Shown: positions 53,566-63,680 of the stretch, piece by piece
How the letters are laid out: the number at the start of each line of letters is the position of its first letter
Numbering within the stretch: position 1 is the first letter of the stretch
From: Atribacterota bacterium
GTDB taxonomy: Bacteria > Atribacterota > Phoenicimicrobiia > Phoenicimicrobiales > Stramentimicrobiaceae
Assembly: GCA_040767965.1 (NCBI GenBank)
Contig: JAXGNR010000004.1
Coordinates: forward strand, 448,001-512,000
Direction: 5' to 3'
DNA: 64,000 nt
Made by a program: the position numbers and the translations under genes
The notes under the pieces: model-generated
The model's database searches: none
What the model was told of the DNA's origin: nothing
Seen by the model: the letters and a program-made list of their open reading frames with translations, nothing else

Positions 53566-54834
53566 TTGCTTGAACAATTACGAAGTTTGTTTAAAATTCC
53601 TGATTTAAAAAGCAGACTACTTTTTACATTAGCAATGTTGATAATAGTTAGGCTGGGAAGTCATATACCATTACCAGGCATCGATAAGCAAGCTCTTGCT
53701 AATTTATTTGCCCAAGGTGGAATTCTTGGCTTTTTTGATCTTTTTGCTGGTGGTGCATTAAGCCGATTTTCTCTTTTTGCATTAGGTATTATGCCATATA
53801 TTAATGCATCGATTATTATGTCTTTATTACAGTCAGTAGTACCATTATTTGAACAATGGTCTAAAGAGGGGCAAGAAGGAAGAAGCAAACTTAATCGTAT
53901 AACAAGATATGGAACTGTGGTACTTGGTTTAATACAGGCAGTAGGAATAAGTGCCTGGCTTGAAAGTCTGCAGGTTTTAATGATAAGCGGCCTTTTATTT
54001 AGATTATTATTAATTATTAGTTTAACTGCAGGTACTTGTTTTTTAATGTGGCTTGGCGAGCAAATAAGTGATTATGGTATTGGAAATGGTATTTCCATAA
54101 TAATATTTGCCGGTATTGTAGCACGAATACCTACTGAAATAATTCAGACCTGGAGCTTGTTAAGAGTTGGCGAAATAAGTGTTTTTTCCATTATTGCTTT
54201 TTTAATCCTGGTTGTATTAGTGATAGCAGGAGTTGTTGCCATTCAACAGGGACAACGTCGTATTCCTGTTCAGTATGCAAAACGTGTTGTAGGAAGAAAA
54301 TTATACGGAGGGCAGGGTACCCATATTCCATTAAGAGTAAATCAAGCTGGGGTTATTCCTATAATTTTTGCTTCAGCAATACTCATATTTCCAGGAACAA
54401 TTGCCCAATTTTTTCAAGGATCAGCTTTTATGCAAAAAATTGCTCAAGCACTTTCACCTGGAACAGCATTGTATTTAATTTTATATGCCATATTAATTAT
54501 CGTTTTTACATTTTTCTATACAGCTATAACATTTAATCCTCAAAATATGGCCGATAATATGAAAAAATACGGTGGTTTTATACCTGGAAGAAGACCAGGA
54601 AAAGCTACAGCTATGTACATTGATAATATCATGACTCGTATTACATTAAGTGGGGCTATTTTTCTTGCCATAATAGCTATATTGCCTAACATTTTAATTC
54701 AAATAACAGGGATAACCACTATTTATTTTGGCGGAACATCTGTAATAATAATGGTTGGTGTAGCCTTGGAAACTGTTCAACAGATTGAGTCCCACATGTT
54801 AATGAGACATTATGAAGGTTTTATTAAAAAGTAA
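53566..54834 (+). CDS. secY: Preprotein translocase subunit SecY
   Basis: LGIMPYINASII, GIGNGISIII, GGFIPGRRPG. Confidence 0.99.
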   Translation: MLEQLRSLFKIPDLKSRLLFTLAMLIIVRLGSHIPLPGIDKQALANLFAQGGILGFFDLFAGGALSRFSLFALGIMPYINASIIMSLLQSVVPLFEQWSKEGQEGRSKLNRITRYGTVVLGLIQAVGISAWLESLQVLMISGLLFRLLLIISLTAGTCFLMWLGEQISDYGIGNGISIIIFAGIVARIPTEIIQTWSLLRVGEISVFSIIAFLILVVLVIAGVVAIQQGQRRIPVQYAKRVVGRKLYGGQGTHIPLRVNQAGVIPIIFASAILIFPGTIAQFFQGSAFMQKIAQALSPGTALYLILYAILIIVFTFFYTAITFNPQNMADNMKKYGGFIPGRRPGKATAMYIDNIMTRITLSGAIFLAIIAILPNILIQITGITTIYFGGTSVIIMVGVALETVQQIESHMLMRHYEGFIKK

Positions 54835-54862
54835 ATTAATAGCATAAAGGAGTATTTTTAGC

Positions 54863-55525
54863 ATGAAACTTATATTACTAGGTCCTCCAGGGGCTGGCAA
54901 AGGAACTATTGCTAATGAAATAAATAAAAAAATAAATATTCCAGTTATTTCAACTGGAGATATTTTGAGAAATTCTATTAAAAATAATACAAAATTGGGT
55001 AAGGAAGCTCAAGAATATGTTACATCTGGCAAATTAGTTCCTGACGATTTAATAATGAGTATTGTTGAAGAAAGAATTAAAGATAATGATTGCCAGAATG
55101 GTTTTATGTTTGATGGATTTCCCAGAACTATCCAGCAAGCAATAGAATTAGATTCTCTGATGAGACGACTTAATACTAAAATCGATCAGGTATTTTATTT
55201 TGAAGCCTCTGATAGTGTAATTGTTGAAAGATTATCAGATAGAAGAGTTTGTGCAAAATGTGGCGCTATCTATAATCTAAACTATAATTCACCAAAAATT
55301 GAAAATGTTTGCGATAAATGTGGTGGACAATTATTTCAACGCGATGATGACAAACAAGAAACTATTTTAAACAGGATAAAGGTGTTTAACAAGGAAACTC
55401 TTCCACTGGTTGAATATTATGAGGAAAAAAATAACTTAACAAAAATAAATGCTGATTTAGATTTAAAAATAAGGTTTGAAGATGTTTGGAATAGATTAAT
55501 TAAACTTGGATTAGTTGGAAAGTAA
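54863..55525 (+). CDS. adk: Adenylate kinase (Zn-binding LID)
   Basis: GPPGAGKGT, DGFPRT, CAKC...CDKC. Confidence 0.98.
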   Translation: MKLILLGPPGAGKGTIANEINKKINIPVISTGDILRNSIKNNTKLGKEAQEYVTSGKLVPDDLIMSIVEERIKDNDCQNGFMFDGFPRTIQQAIELDSLMRRLNTKIDQVFYFEASDSVIVERLSDRRVCAKCGAIYNLNYNSPKIENVCDKCGGQLFQRDDDKQETILNRIKVFNKETLPLVEYYEEKNNLTKINADLDLKIRFEDVWNRLIKLGLVGK

Positions 55526-55532
55526 TGATATA

Positions 55533-56288
55533 ATGGTAATTTTAAAGACTATTAAAGAGATTGAAAAAATAAAAAAAAGTTGCCGATTAACATCTAATAC
55601 GTTAAAATATATTTTTGAAAAAATAAAGCCGGGTATAAAAACAATTCAGATAGATCAAATGGCTGAATCGTATATAATTAAAAACAATGGTAAACCGGCT
55701 TTTAAGGGATATGGAGCAAAAGGAAATGAATTTCCGGCAACAGTCTGTATCTCTATTAATGAAGAAATAGTTCATGGAATTCCAGGAGATAGAATTCTTC
55801 AAGAAGGAGATATTGTCAGCCTAGATGTGGGTACTTATTTAAACGGATATTATGGTGATAGCGCAATAACAGTTGGGGTTGGTAAAATATCTAAGGTTGC
55901 TGAAAGCTTAATTAAAGTAACCAGAGAATGTCTTTTTAAAGGAATTGAAAAAGCTATTAACGGTAATTCAATAGGCGATATTGGATTTGCTATCCAAGAA
56001 CATGCAGAAATTAATAGTTTCTCTGTAGTTAGAGATTTTGTCGGACATGGAGTTGGCTTACAAGTTCACGAAGATCCACAAATACCCAACTATGGAACAC
56101 CCAATACTGGTTTAAGATTAGAAAAAGGTATGGTTTTAGCCATTGAACCAATGTTAAATCAAGGTGACTATAGGACAATATCCGATGATGATGGATGGAC
56201 AGTAAAAACCGCTGATGGTAGTCTATCTGCTCATTTTGAGCATACAATAGCTATATATGAAAATAAAAATGAAATTTTAACTATTTGA
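55533..56288 (+). CDS. map: Type I methionine aminopeptidase
   Basis: SINEEIVHGIP, GHGVG, HEDP, AIEPM, AHFEHT. Confidence 0.97.
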   Translation: MVILKTIKEIEKIKKSCRLTSNTLKYIFEKIKPGIKTIQIDQMAESYIIKNNGKPAFKGYGAKGNEFPATVCISINEEIVHGIPGDRILQEGDIVSLDVGTYLNGYYGDSAITVGVGKISKVAESLIKVTRECLFKGIEKAINGNSIGDIGFAIQEHAEINSFSVVRDFVGHGVGLQVHEDPQIPNYGTPNTGLRLEKGMVLAIEPMLNQGDYRTISDDDGWTVKTADGSLSAHFEHTIAIYENKNEILTI

Positions 56289-56358
56289 TGATCAATTTAA
56301 TTATTAAATGATAAGGAAAACTAGTATTAACATTTATTTATATGGGAGTTGATATTTA

Positions 56359-56574
56359 ATGGGAAAAGAAAAATATGTTGAGATGAAGGGTAAAGTAACT
56401 CAAGCCTTGCCCAATGCAACATTTAAAGTTGAATTAGAAAATGGTTGTGAGGTTTTAGCGCACATATCCGGGAAAATAAGAATGCATTTTATTAGAATAT
56501 TACCTGGAGATAAAGTTAAGGTTGAGATATCGCCCTATGATTTAAGTAGAGGTAGAATTACTTATCGACTGTAG
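56359..56574 (+). CDS. infA: Translation initiation factor IF-1
   Basis: [26 protein letters not shown]. Confidence 0.99.
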   Translation: MGKEKYVEMKGKVTQALPNATFKVELENGCEVLAHISGKIRMHFIRILPGDKVKVEISPYDLSRGRITYRL

Positions 56575-56693
56575 TTCAATATAAAAATAATATCAATACC
56601 TTGAAAAATATATAATAAATAAAAGTAATACTAATTCTATAATTAATATAAAAAATCATTTTAAATAGTTTAGCAAGAGAGGATAAGATAGAA

Positions 56694-56810
56694 ATGAAGG
56701 TTAGATCATCTGTAAAAAAAATATGCGAGAAATGTAAGTTAATCAGAAGACATGGGAAAATAATGGTAATATGTGAAAATCCTAAACATAAACAAAAACA
56801 AGGAAAATAA
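56694..56810 (+). CDS. rpmJ: 50S ribosomal protein L36 (not in ORF track)
   Basis: [38 protein letters not shown]. Confidence 0.98.
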   Translation: MKVRSSVKKICEKCKLIRRHGKIMVICENPKHKQKQGK

Positions 56811-56830
56811 ATGGGAAGGAGTTATAAGGC

Positions 56831-57202
56831 ATGGCTAGAATAAGCGGAGTTGATATACCTAATAATAAAAATGTTGATTGTGCATTGACATATATTTTTG
56901 GAATTGGTTATACAGTATCAAGGAAAATACTTGCTGAAGCAGGAATAGATTTTCAGACAAAAGTAAAAGATTTAAAAGATGATGAAATTAATACAATAAG
57001 AGATATCATAGGTAAAAACTATAAGGTAGAAGGTGAACTTAGAAGTCAAAGAACAGCAGATATTAAAAGACTTATGGAAATTGGCTCCTATCGTGGGTTA
57101 AGACATAAGAGAGGGCTTCCGGTTAGAGGACAAAGAACAAGCACTAATGCCAGAACTAGAAAAGGCCCCAGAAGAACTGTTGGAGTTAAGAGAAGTAAAT
57201 AA
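56831..57202 (+). CDS. rpsM: 30S ribosomal protein S13
   Basis: [20 protein letters not shown]. Confidence 0.99.
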   Translation: MARISGVDIPNNKNVDCALTYIFGIGYTVSRKILAEAGIDFQTKVKDLKDDEINTIRDIIGKNYKVEGELRSQRTADIKRLMEIGSYRGLRHKRGLPVRGQRTSTNARTRKGPRRTVGVKRSK

Positions 57203-57260
57203 TTATACGTATTAAAAAATATGTATTCTAAAAAGGATTAAAACGAAAGGAGATACTGGA

Positions 57261-57659
57261 TTGGTTGCAAAAAAACAAACCAAAAAAATACGTAAAAAGC
57301 GTATTAGAAAAAATGTGCTAAAAGGTGTTGTTCATATACAATCAACCTTTAACAATACTATTGTCTCTATTTCTGATACCGAAGGCAACATAGTATCTTG
57401 GGCTAGTGCTGGTTCTATCGGAAATAAAGGAAGCAAAAAAAGTACATCTTTTGCAGCTCAGAGAACTGCTGAAGAAGCAGGCAAAAAAGCAATGGATCAA
57501 GGAATGAAAGAAATAGATGTTTATGTTAAAGGTCCTGGCTCTGGAAGAGAAACAGCAATACGTTCACTACAAGCCATTGGTTTTAAAATAAACACTATTA
57601 GGGATGTCACTCCAATTCCTCATAATGGCTGTAGACCGCCAAAACAAAGAAGAGTCTAA
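57261..57659 (+). CDS. rpsK: 30S ribosomal protein S11
   Basis: [26 protein letters not shown]. Confidence 0.99.
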   Translation: MVAKKQTKKIRKKRIRKNVLKGVVHIQSTFNNTIVSISDTEGNIVSWASAGSIGNKGSKKSTSFAAQRTAEEAGKKAMDQGMKEIDVYVKGPGSGRETAIRSLQAIGFKINTIRDVTPIPHNGCRPPKQRRV

Positions 57660-57786
57660 ATTATTAAAAATTTAGTTTTAGTTTAGATATATTATTTTTA
57701 ATAATTTATATATAAATAAAGGTTCGAATAACTTAAAAACCTTTTTTGTTTTATTGATTAAATGAATTTACCTAAGGAGGTAATTT

Positions 57787-58419
57787 ATGGCTAGATATAC
57801 TGGTCCTGTTTGCCGTCTTTGTCGTAGACAGGAATCAAAATTATTTTTAAAAGGAGAGCGCTGCTATACTGACAAATGTGCATTGGAAAAAAAGCCAACT
57901 CTTCCTGGAAAAAGCTCTCAGGATAGAAGAGCAAGAAAATTATCTAATTATGCTATCCAATTAAAAGAAAAGCAAAAAATGAAAGAAATGTATGGATTAG
58001 TTGAGAAACAATTCAGCAACCTTTTTGAAAAAGCTGAGAAAAAACATGGAGTTACCGGTGAGAATTTTATTCAATTTTTAGAAAGAAGACTTGATAATAT
58101 TGTATACAGACTGGGTCTTGCTGAATCCAGGGCTAATGCCAGGCAGATTGTAAAACACTCCCACGTATTGGTTAATGGGAAAAAGGTCAATATCCCTTCT
58201 TATATGGCCGATATTAATGACGTTGTAGAGATTAAGGAAAAAAGCCAATCAATTGCTTATTTTAAAGAATTAAAAGAAAGTGCTGAAGCAGCTAATGTGC
58301 CAGCCTGGCTAGAAGTAGATATGAAAAACTTGAAAGGAAAGGTCGTTAAGTATCCTTCTAAAGAAGATATTGATCTACCTATTGATGAAAAGCTAATTGT
58401 TGAGTTTTATTCAAGATAA
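57787..58419 (+). CDS. rpsD: 30S ribosomal protein S4 (Zn-binding form)
   Basis: MARYTGPVCRLCRR, LERRLDN, IVEFYSR. Confidence 0.99.
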   Translation: MARYTGPVCRLCRRQESKLFLKGERCYTDKCALEKKPTLPGKSSQDRRARKLSNYAIQLKEKQKMKEMYGLVEKQFSNLFEKAEKKHGVTGENFIQFLERRLDNIVYRLGLAESRANARQIVKHSHVLVNGKKVNIPSYMADINDVVEIKEKSQSIAYFKELKESAEAANVPAWLEVDMKNLKGKVVKYPSKEDIDLPIDEKLIVEFYSR

Positions 58420-58453
58420 GAGACTTAACATTACCGGAAGGAGAGATTTTAAG

Positions 58454-59404
58454 TTGATAGATATCAATGATATTAAAATAAAAATAGAAAATTTAACAGA
58501 TAGTTACGGACGTTTTATTATTGAACCTTTGGATAAAGGTTATGGTACAACGTTAGGTAATTCTTTACGAAGAGTTTTGCTATCTTCTCTTCCTGGTGCT
58601 AGTGCAACTGCTGTAAGGTTTGAGGGTATTGTTCATGAGTTTTCTACTATTCCTGGCATAAAAGAAGATGTAAACGAAATCTTATTAAATATAAAAGAAA
58701 TTGTTTTTAAAATATATGGAAATGATTCAGAGATATTGCGTTTAAAGGCAAATGGTAAGAAAATTGTCAAAGCAAGTGATTTAATACCAAATATTAATGT
58801 AGAAATACTGAACCCCAATCAAAAAATAGCTACTCTTAGCGAAGATGGAAAACTGGACATGGAAATAGTAGTTGATAGCGGGACTGGTTATGTATCAGCT
58901 ACAGAAAATAAAAAGAAAGACTTGGCAATAAATTATATAACTCTTGACTCTATGTTTTCCCCAGTAATAAAAGTTGCTTATTCAATTGATAAAACAAGTT
59001 CCGCTCAATATATGGGTTATGAAAAGTTAGTTATGGATATTTACACTAACAAGAGCATTTTGCCAGATGAGGCTTTAAGCAAAGCTTCTAATATTTTAAT
59101 AAAATATCTAAAGATTTTTACCAAATTTTCTCCAGAAGAAATGGAATCTATTACTGAGCAAATAGCTGAAGAAGAGAATGAAAATAATGAGCAGAAAAAA
59201 TTACTTGATAAATCCATTGAAGAGCTTGATTTTTCTGTTAGATCTTATAATTGCCTAAAAAAATCAAATATTAATTCTTTTGGCGAGATTGTGAATAAAT
59301 CAGAAGAAGAAATAATGGGAATAAAAAACTTAGGTAAAAAATCTTTTGAGGAAATAAAAGATAAAGTTAAAGAATACGGATTGAGTTTAAAGGAATCAGA
59401 ATAG
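58454..59404 (+). CDS. rpoA: DNA-directed RNA polymerase subunit alpha
   Basis: EPLDKGYGTTLGNSLRRVLLSS, SVRSYNCLK, NLGKKS; TTG 58454 follows GGAG. Confidence 0.98.
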   Translation: MIDINDIKIKIENLTDSYGRFIIEPLDKGYGTTLGNSLRRVLLSSLPGASATAVRFEGIVHEFSTIPGIKEDVNEILLNIKEIVFKIYGNDSEILRLKANGKKIVKASDLIPNINVEILNPNQKIATLSEDGKLDMEIVVDSGTGYVSATENKKKDLAINYITLDSMFSPVIKVAYSIDKTSSAQYMGYEKLVMDIYTNKSILPDEALSKASNILIKYLKIFTKFSPEEMESITEQIAEEENENNEQKKLLDKSIEELDFSVRSYNCLKKSNINSFGEIVNKSEEEIMGIKNLGKKSFEEIKDKVKEYGLSLKESE

Positions 59405-59421
59405 CAAAAGGAGATGGTCTA

Positions 59422-59775
59422 ATGAGACACAGATATTTAAAAAGAAAATTAAATGTTGACACTAGTCATCGAAAGGCATTGTTATCAAATTTAGCCATTT
59501 CTATGATTAATTATAGAAAAATTAACACAACTGTTCCGAAGGCAAAGGAGTTACAAAAATATCTTGAAAAACTTGTATCAGTTGCTAAAGAAGATAACTT
59601 GCAATCGAAAAGAAAAGTTTTTAAGGTAATTCAAAACAAACAAGCAATAAAGCTTCTTTTTGAAGAAATCAGCCCGCAATATAAAGAGAGAAATGGTGGT
59701 TACACCAGAATAATCAAAGCTGGCTTTCGCAAGGGCGATGCAGCTCCAATGGCTATTTTAGAATTTGTTAAATAG
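59422..59775 (+). CDS. rplQ: 50S ribosomal protein L17
   Basis: MRHR, TTVPKAKE, RNGGYTRI, GDAAPMA. Confidence 0.98.
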   Translation: MRHRYLKRKLNVDTSHRKALLSNLAISMINYRKINTTVPKAKELQKYLEKLVSVAKEDNLQSKRKVFKVIQNKQAIKLLFEEISPQYKERNGGYTRIIKAGFRKGDAAPMAILEFVK

Positions 59776-59795
59776 AAGAAATAACTAAATAAAAT

Positions 59796-59850
59796 AGGTT
59801 AATTTGTTAGAAATAGAATTATATTTTCTTACATGTTAACCTTTTTATTT
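59796..59850 (+). terminator. Putative terminator after the alpha operon
   Basis: Imperfect hairpin closed by AGGTTAA/TTAACCT, followed by TTTTATTT. Confidence 0.5.
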
Positions 59851-59872
59851 TTTGATAATAAACAGGTGTATT

Positions 59873-60703
59873 TTGATAAAATTTGTAAATGTATCCCATT
59901 CTTATAATAATGGTAATGAGAGTATTGAAGAATCTATATCAAACATTAATCTTGATATAGAGGATGGTGATTTTATTGCTATAATTGGATCAAACGGTTC
60001 TGGCAAATCAACATTTGCAAAACATGTTAATGGGTTATTACTTCCAAGCGAAGGTGATGTAATTATAGATAATTGCAATACAAAAGATAAAGAACACATT
60101 TGGAATATAAGAAAAAAAGTAGGTATGGTTTTTCAAAATCCAGATAATCAGTTAGTTGCTACTACGGTTGAAGACGATATTGCTTTTGGATTAGAAAATA
60201 TAGGTTTGAACGAAAAAGAAATGCAAGAAAGAGTTAAATGGGCATTAAAACAGGTTGACATGCTATGCTTTAGAAGCTATGAACCACATTTGCTTTCAGG
60301 TGGACAAAAGCAAAAAATAGTTATTGCAGGTGCTTTGGCCATGCGCTCGTCACATCTGATTTTAGATGAACCTACTTCAATGTTAGACCCTAAGGGCAGA
60401 AAAGAAGTTTTAGAAATTGTAAAAAAACTTAATAAGGAAAAGAATATAACTATTGTTTATATAACCCATTTTATGTCAGAAGCAGTAATGTTTGATAAGA
60501 TTGTGGTATTTGAAAAAGGGAAAATAGTATTAACCGGATCACCAAAAGACATTTTTTTACAGAAGAATGTCTTAGATGATTTGAAACTAGAAATTCCTCA
60601 AATAACAAGATTTGCCCGATTATTAAATGAAAATGGGTTAGATATTCCTATCAATATTATTGATGAAAAAGAAATGTTAGATAAATTATGTTTATTGATT
60701 TAA
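59873..60703 (+). CDS. ecfA1: ECF transporter ATPase A1
   Basis: GSNGSGKST, FQNPDNQ, LSGGQKQ, LDEPT. Confidence 0.93.
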   Translation: MIKFVNVSHSYNNGNESIEESISNINLDIEDGDFIAIIGSNGSGKSTFAKHVNGLLLPSEGDVIIDNCNTKDKEHIWNIRKKVGMVFQNPDNQLVATTVEDDIAFGLENIGLNEKEMQERVKWALKQVDMLCFRSYEPHLLSGGQKQKIVIAGALAMRSSHLILDEPTSMLDPKGRKEVLEIVKKLNKEKNITIVYITHFMSEAVMFDKIVVFEKGKIVLTGSPKDIFLQKNVLDDLKLEIPQITRFARLLNENGLDIPINIIDEKEMLDKLCLLI

Positions 60704-61557
60704 AAAAGATATCGTTTACTTATAATTTAAATATGCCTTTTGAAAAAGAAGTATTGAAAGATGTGAATATTTCTATTTCTGATGGAGAATTTATTGGTAT
60801 CATAGGACATACCGGTTGCGGGAAAACAACCTTGTTGCAGGTGCTTAATGGATTGTTAGAACCAACAAAAGGGGAAATATACATCGATAATGTAAATATC
60901 CACAGTAATAAAAAAATTTTAAAAGATGTTAGAAAAAAAATAGGATTGTCCTTTCAATACCCGGAAAATCAGATATTCGAAGAAACTATATTTAAAGAGG
61001 TATCATTCGGACTCAAAAATTTGGGGTGTAAAGAAGAGTTTCTTGAAGAGAATGTTAAAAAAGCTTTGGAAATGGTTGATTTAAATTATGAATATTATAG
61101 AAATAGGCTTCCGTTTAATTTAAGCGGAGGAGAAATGCGAAGAGTTGCAATTGCTAGTATTTTAGCACTTTCTCCAGAAGTTATAATTTTAGACGAACCA
61201 ACTGCAAGCCTGGATCCTCAAAGTCGTAACATAATTCTTAAATTAATTAAAAAATTACATGATTGTCATAAAAAAACGATTATTATGGTTTCTCATAATA
61301 TGGAAGTTATTGCAGAGATGACAAAAAGAGTTATAGTGATGGAAAATGGGAAAATTGTTTTAGATAAAAAAACAAGAGAGATATTTAGGGACAACTCTGC
61401 TGAATTGGAGAAAATTGGTTTAGCTCTTCCTCAAATAACAAAAATTATGTATGATTTAAAAAAAATGGGTAAACCTGTTGATATCAATAATATATTGACT
61501 ATCGAAGAAGCAAAAGAAGAAATACTAAGATTGAGAAAAAATAATGAAATTTTTTAG
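60688..61557 (+). CDS. ecfA2: ECF transporter ATPase A2
   Basis: GHTGCGKTT, FQYPENQ, LSGGEMRR. Confidence 0.93.
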   Translation: MFIDLKKISFTYNLNMPFEKEVLKDVNISISDGEFIGIIGHTGCGKTTLLQVLNGLLEPTKGEIYIDNVNIHSNKKILKDVRKKIGLSFQYPENQIFEETIFKEVSFGLKNLGCKEEFLEENVKKALEMVDLNYEYYRNRLPFNLSGGEMRRVAIASILALSPEVIILDEPTASLDPQSRNIILKLIKKLHDCHKKTIIMVSHNMEVIAEMTKRVIVMENGKIVLDKKTREIFRDNSAELEKIGLALPQITKIMYDLKKMGKPVDINNILTIEEAKEEILRLRKNNEIF

Positions 61558-62341
61558 GAATATAACTATAGGTCAGTATGTAAACACAAATTCAATAATC
61601 CACAAATTAGACCCAAGAGTTAAAATAATTACTACATTACTGATAATAGTGTTATTATTTTTAATCAAAACATGGTTTAGTTTTGCAATAGTTATTGCAT
61701 ACTTATTTTTTGTAATATCCATATCGAAGGTTAATCCGAAATATGTTTTAAGAGGCATTAAACCATTACTTTTTCTAATAATATTAACCTTGCTAATACA
61801 TATGCTCACTACAGAAGGGGAAATAATTTTTCAGATATGGTTTTTAAAAATAACTAAAGAAGGCTTAAACAAGGGATTTTTTATTTCTGCTCGATTATTT
61901 TTACTTATTTTAGCAACCTCCTGGATGACTTTAACTACGTCCCCTATTTCTTTAACTGATGGAATTGAATATTTATTATCATTTTTTAAAATATTAAGAA
62001 TACCTGCTCATGAAATTGCCATGATGATGACCATTGCCTTACGCTTTATACCAACCTTAATGGAAGAAACTGAAAAAATAATTAAAGCTCAAATGGCACG
62101 AGGTGCTGATTTTGAAAGTGGGAATATCATTAATAGAATAAAAAACATATTACCTATAATTGTACCTTTGTTTATAAATTCTTTTCGCAGGGCTGACGAA
62201 TTAGCTATCGCGATGGAAGCAAGATGTTATAAGGGTGGAGAAGGTAGAACTCATTATCGTGCTTTGGAAATTAAGAGTAGAGATCAGATATTTTTTTTAA
62301 CAACTATTGTAGTTTTTATTGTTATTTTTATAGTTGGTTAA
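61544..62341 (+). CDS. ecfT: ECF transporter T component
   Basis: LDPRVK, ALRFIP, AQMARG, AMEARCY. Confidence 0.95.
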   Translation: MKFFRNITIGQYVNTNSIIHKLDPRVKIITTLLIIVLLFLIKTWFSFAIVIAYLFFVISISKVNPKYVLRGIKPLLFLIILTLLIHMLTTEGEIIFQIWFLKITKEGLNKGFFISARLFLLILATSWMTLTTSPISLTDGIEYLLSFFKILRIPAHEIAMMMTIALRFIPTLMEETEKIIKAQMARGADFESGNIINRIKNILPIIVPLFINSFRRADELAIAMEARCYKGGEGRTHYRALEIKSRDQIFFLTTIVVFIVIFIVG

Positions 62342-62350
62342 AAGATGCTA

Positions 62351-63124
62351 ATGAAAAAAAATATAAAACTGTTAATATGTTATGACGGCACTAATTATTC
62401 TGGATGGCAAAGGCAAAAAAACAAAGAAACAATTCAAGGAATTATTGAAGATCGCTTGAAAAAGGTAACAGGTGATAAGCAAATAAAATTATATGGTTCA
62501 GGCAGGACAGATGCAGGTGTACATGCTATAGGACAAACTGCTAATTTTTATACTGAACACGATTTACCAGTTGATAAATGGACTTTTGTTCTAAATAATA
62601 AATTACCTGGTGACATTAAAATCAAACATGCTAAAATAGTTAACAATGAATTTCATGCCAGATTTAGTGCAAAAAGTAAGATATATAAATATTATATTCT
62701 GAATAAAAATTACGGAACTTCATCATATTCTGCAAAGAGAATATTTTTGAATAAATATTGTTATATTTACAATAAAAAATTAGATATTGACAGAATGAAA
62801 GAAGTTGCTCAATATTTAATTGGAGAGCATGATTTTAGGGCTTTAAGCTGTTTAAATAAGAAAAAAAATGATAGAAAAGAAAATAAAGAAAGAACAATAA
62901 TCAAAATAGATATACAGAAAAATAAAGAAATGCTATGCTTTAGGATAGAGGCAAACTCTTTTTTATATAAAATGATGAGAGTTATAGTTGGCACATTGCT
63001 TGATTTTTCTATTACTAAACGCAATCCGAAAGATATTTTATCTTTAATGAAAAATAAAGATTGTCAAAAATCAGGCAAAGTTCTGCCGCCTAATGGTTTA
63101 TTTTTAGTAAAAGTAAAATATTAA
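62351..63124 (+). CDS. truA: tRNA pseudouridine(38-40) synthase
   Basis: YDGTNYSGWQ, GRTDAGVHA, FHARFSA, FLYKMMR. Confidence 0.97.
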   Translation: MKKNIKLLICYDGTNYSGWQRQKNKETIQGIIEDRLKKVTGDKQIKLYGSGRTDAGVHAIGQTANFYTEHDLPVDKWTFVLNNKLPGDIKIKHAKIVNNEFHARFSAKSKIYKYYILNKNYGTSSYSAKRIFLNKYCYIYNKKLDIDRMKEVAQYLIGEHDFRALSCLNKKKNDRKENKERTIIKIDIQKNKEMLCFRIEANSFLYKMMRVIVGTLLDFSITKRNPKDILSLMKNKDCQKSGKVLPPNGLFLVKVKY

Positions 63125-63149
63125 CATTGATAAATGAATAATAATTGTC

Positions 63150-63178
63150 TTGACAATAAGTATTAATTATATTAGAAT
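63150..63178 (+). promoter_or_regulatory. rplM-rpsI promoter
   Basis: TTGACA-N17-TAGAAT. Confidence 0.7.
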
Positions 63179-63230
63179 TTTTATGTTGTTTTAACCTATT
63201 ATTGATTAAAAGCATCATAGGGAGGAAAAA

Positions 63231-63662
63231 TTGAAAACTTTTAGAGAAAAAATAGTTAATGTTGACAGGAATTGGTATTTGTTTGACGCTGAAGGAAAAA
63301 TCCTAGGAAGATTGGCTACTGAAATAGCCGCGATCTTACGAGGGAAAAATAAAACATTTTATGATCAGTCCCAAGATTTTGGTGATTATGTTATAGTTAT
63401 TAATGCAGAAAAAGTTAAAGTTACCGGGAAAAAACCAGAACAAAAACTATATAGACATCATACAAATTATCCTGGATCATTAAAAGAAGTTACATTTAAT
63501 GAAATGCTGCAAAAAAAACCAGAAGCAATTATCGAAAAAGCCGTAAAAGGAATGCTACCAAAAAACAAGCTAAGCAATGCTATTATTAAAAAGCTTAAAG
63601 TTTATCGTGGAAATAAGCATCCTCATACTGCTCAAGAAATAGTAGAAATCGAAAGCAACTGA
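63231..63662 (+). CDS. rplM: 50S ribosomal protein L13
   Basis: DAEGKILGRLA, GDYVIVINAEK, KGMLPKN. Confidence 0.98.
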   Translation: MKTFREKIVNVDRNWYLFDAEGKILGRLATEIAAILRGKNKTFYDQSQDFGDYVIVINAEKVKVTGKKPEQKLYRHHTNYPGSLKEVTFNEMLQKKPEAIIEKAVKGMLPKNKLSNAIIKKLKVYRGNKHPHTAQEIVEIESN

Positions 63663-63680
63663 TAAAAGGAGGTGCGTAAT

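Noticed and set aside
27128-58419. Zn-ribbon (C+) forms of L33, S14, L36 and S4
   Set aside because: Ancestral and common in anaerobes and thermophiles, so not novel
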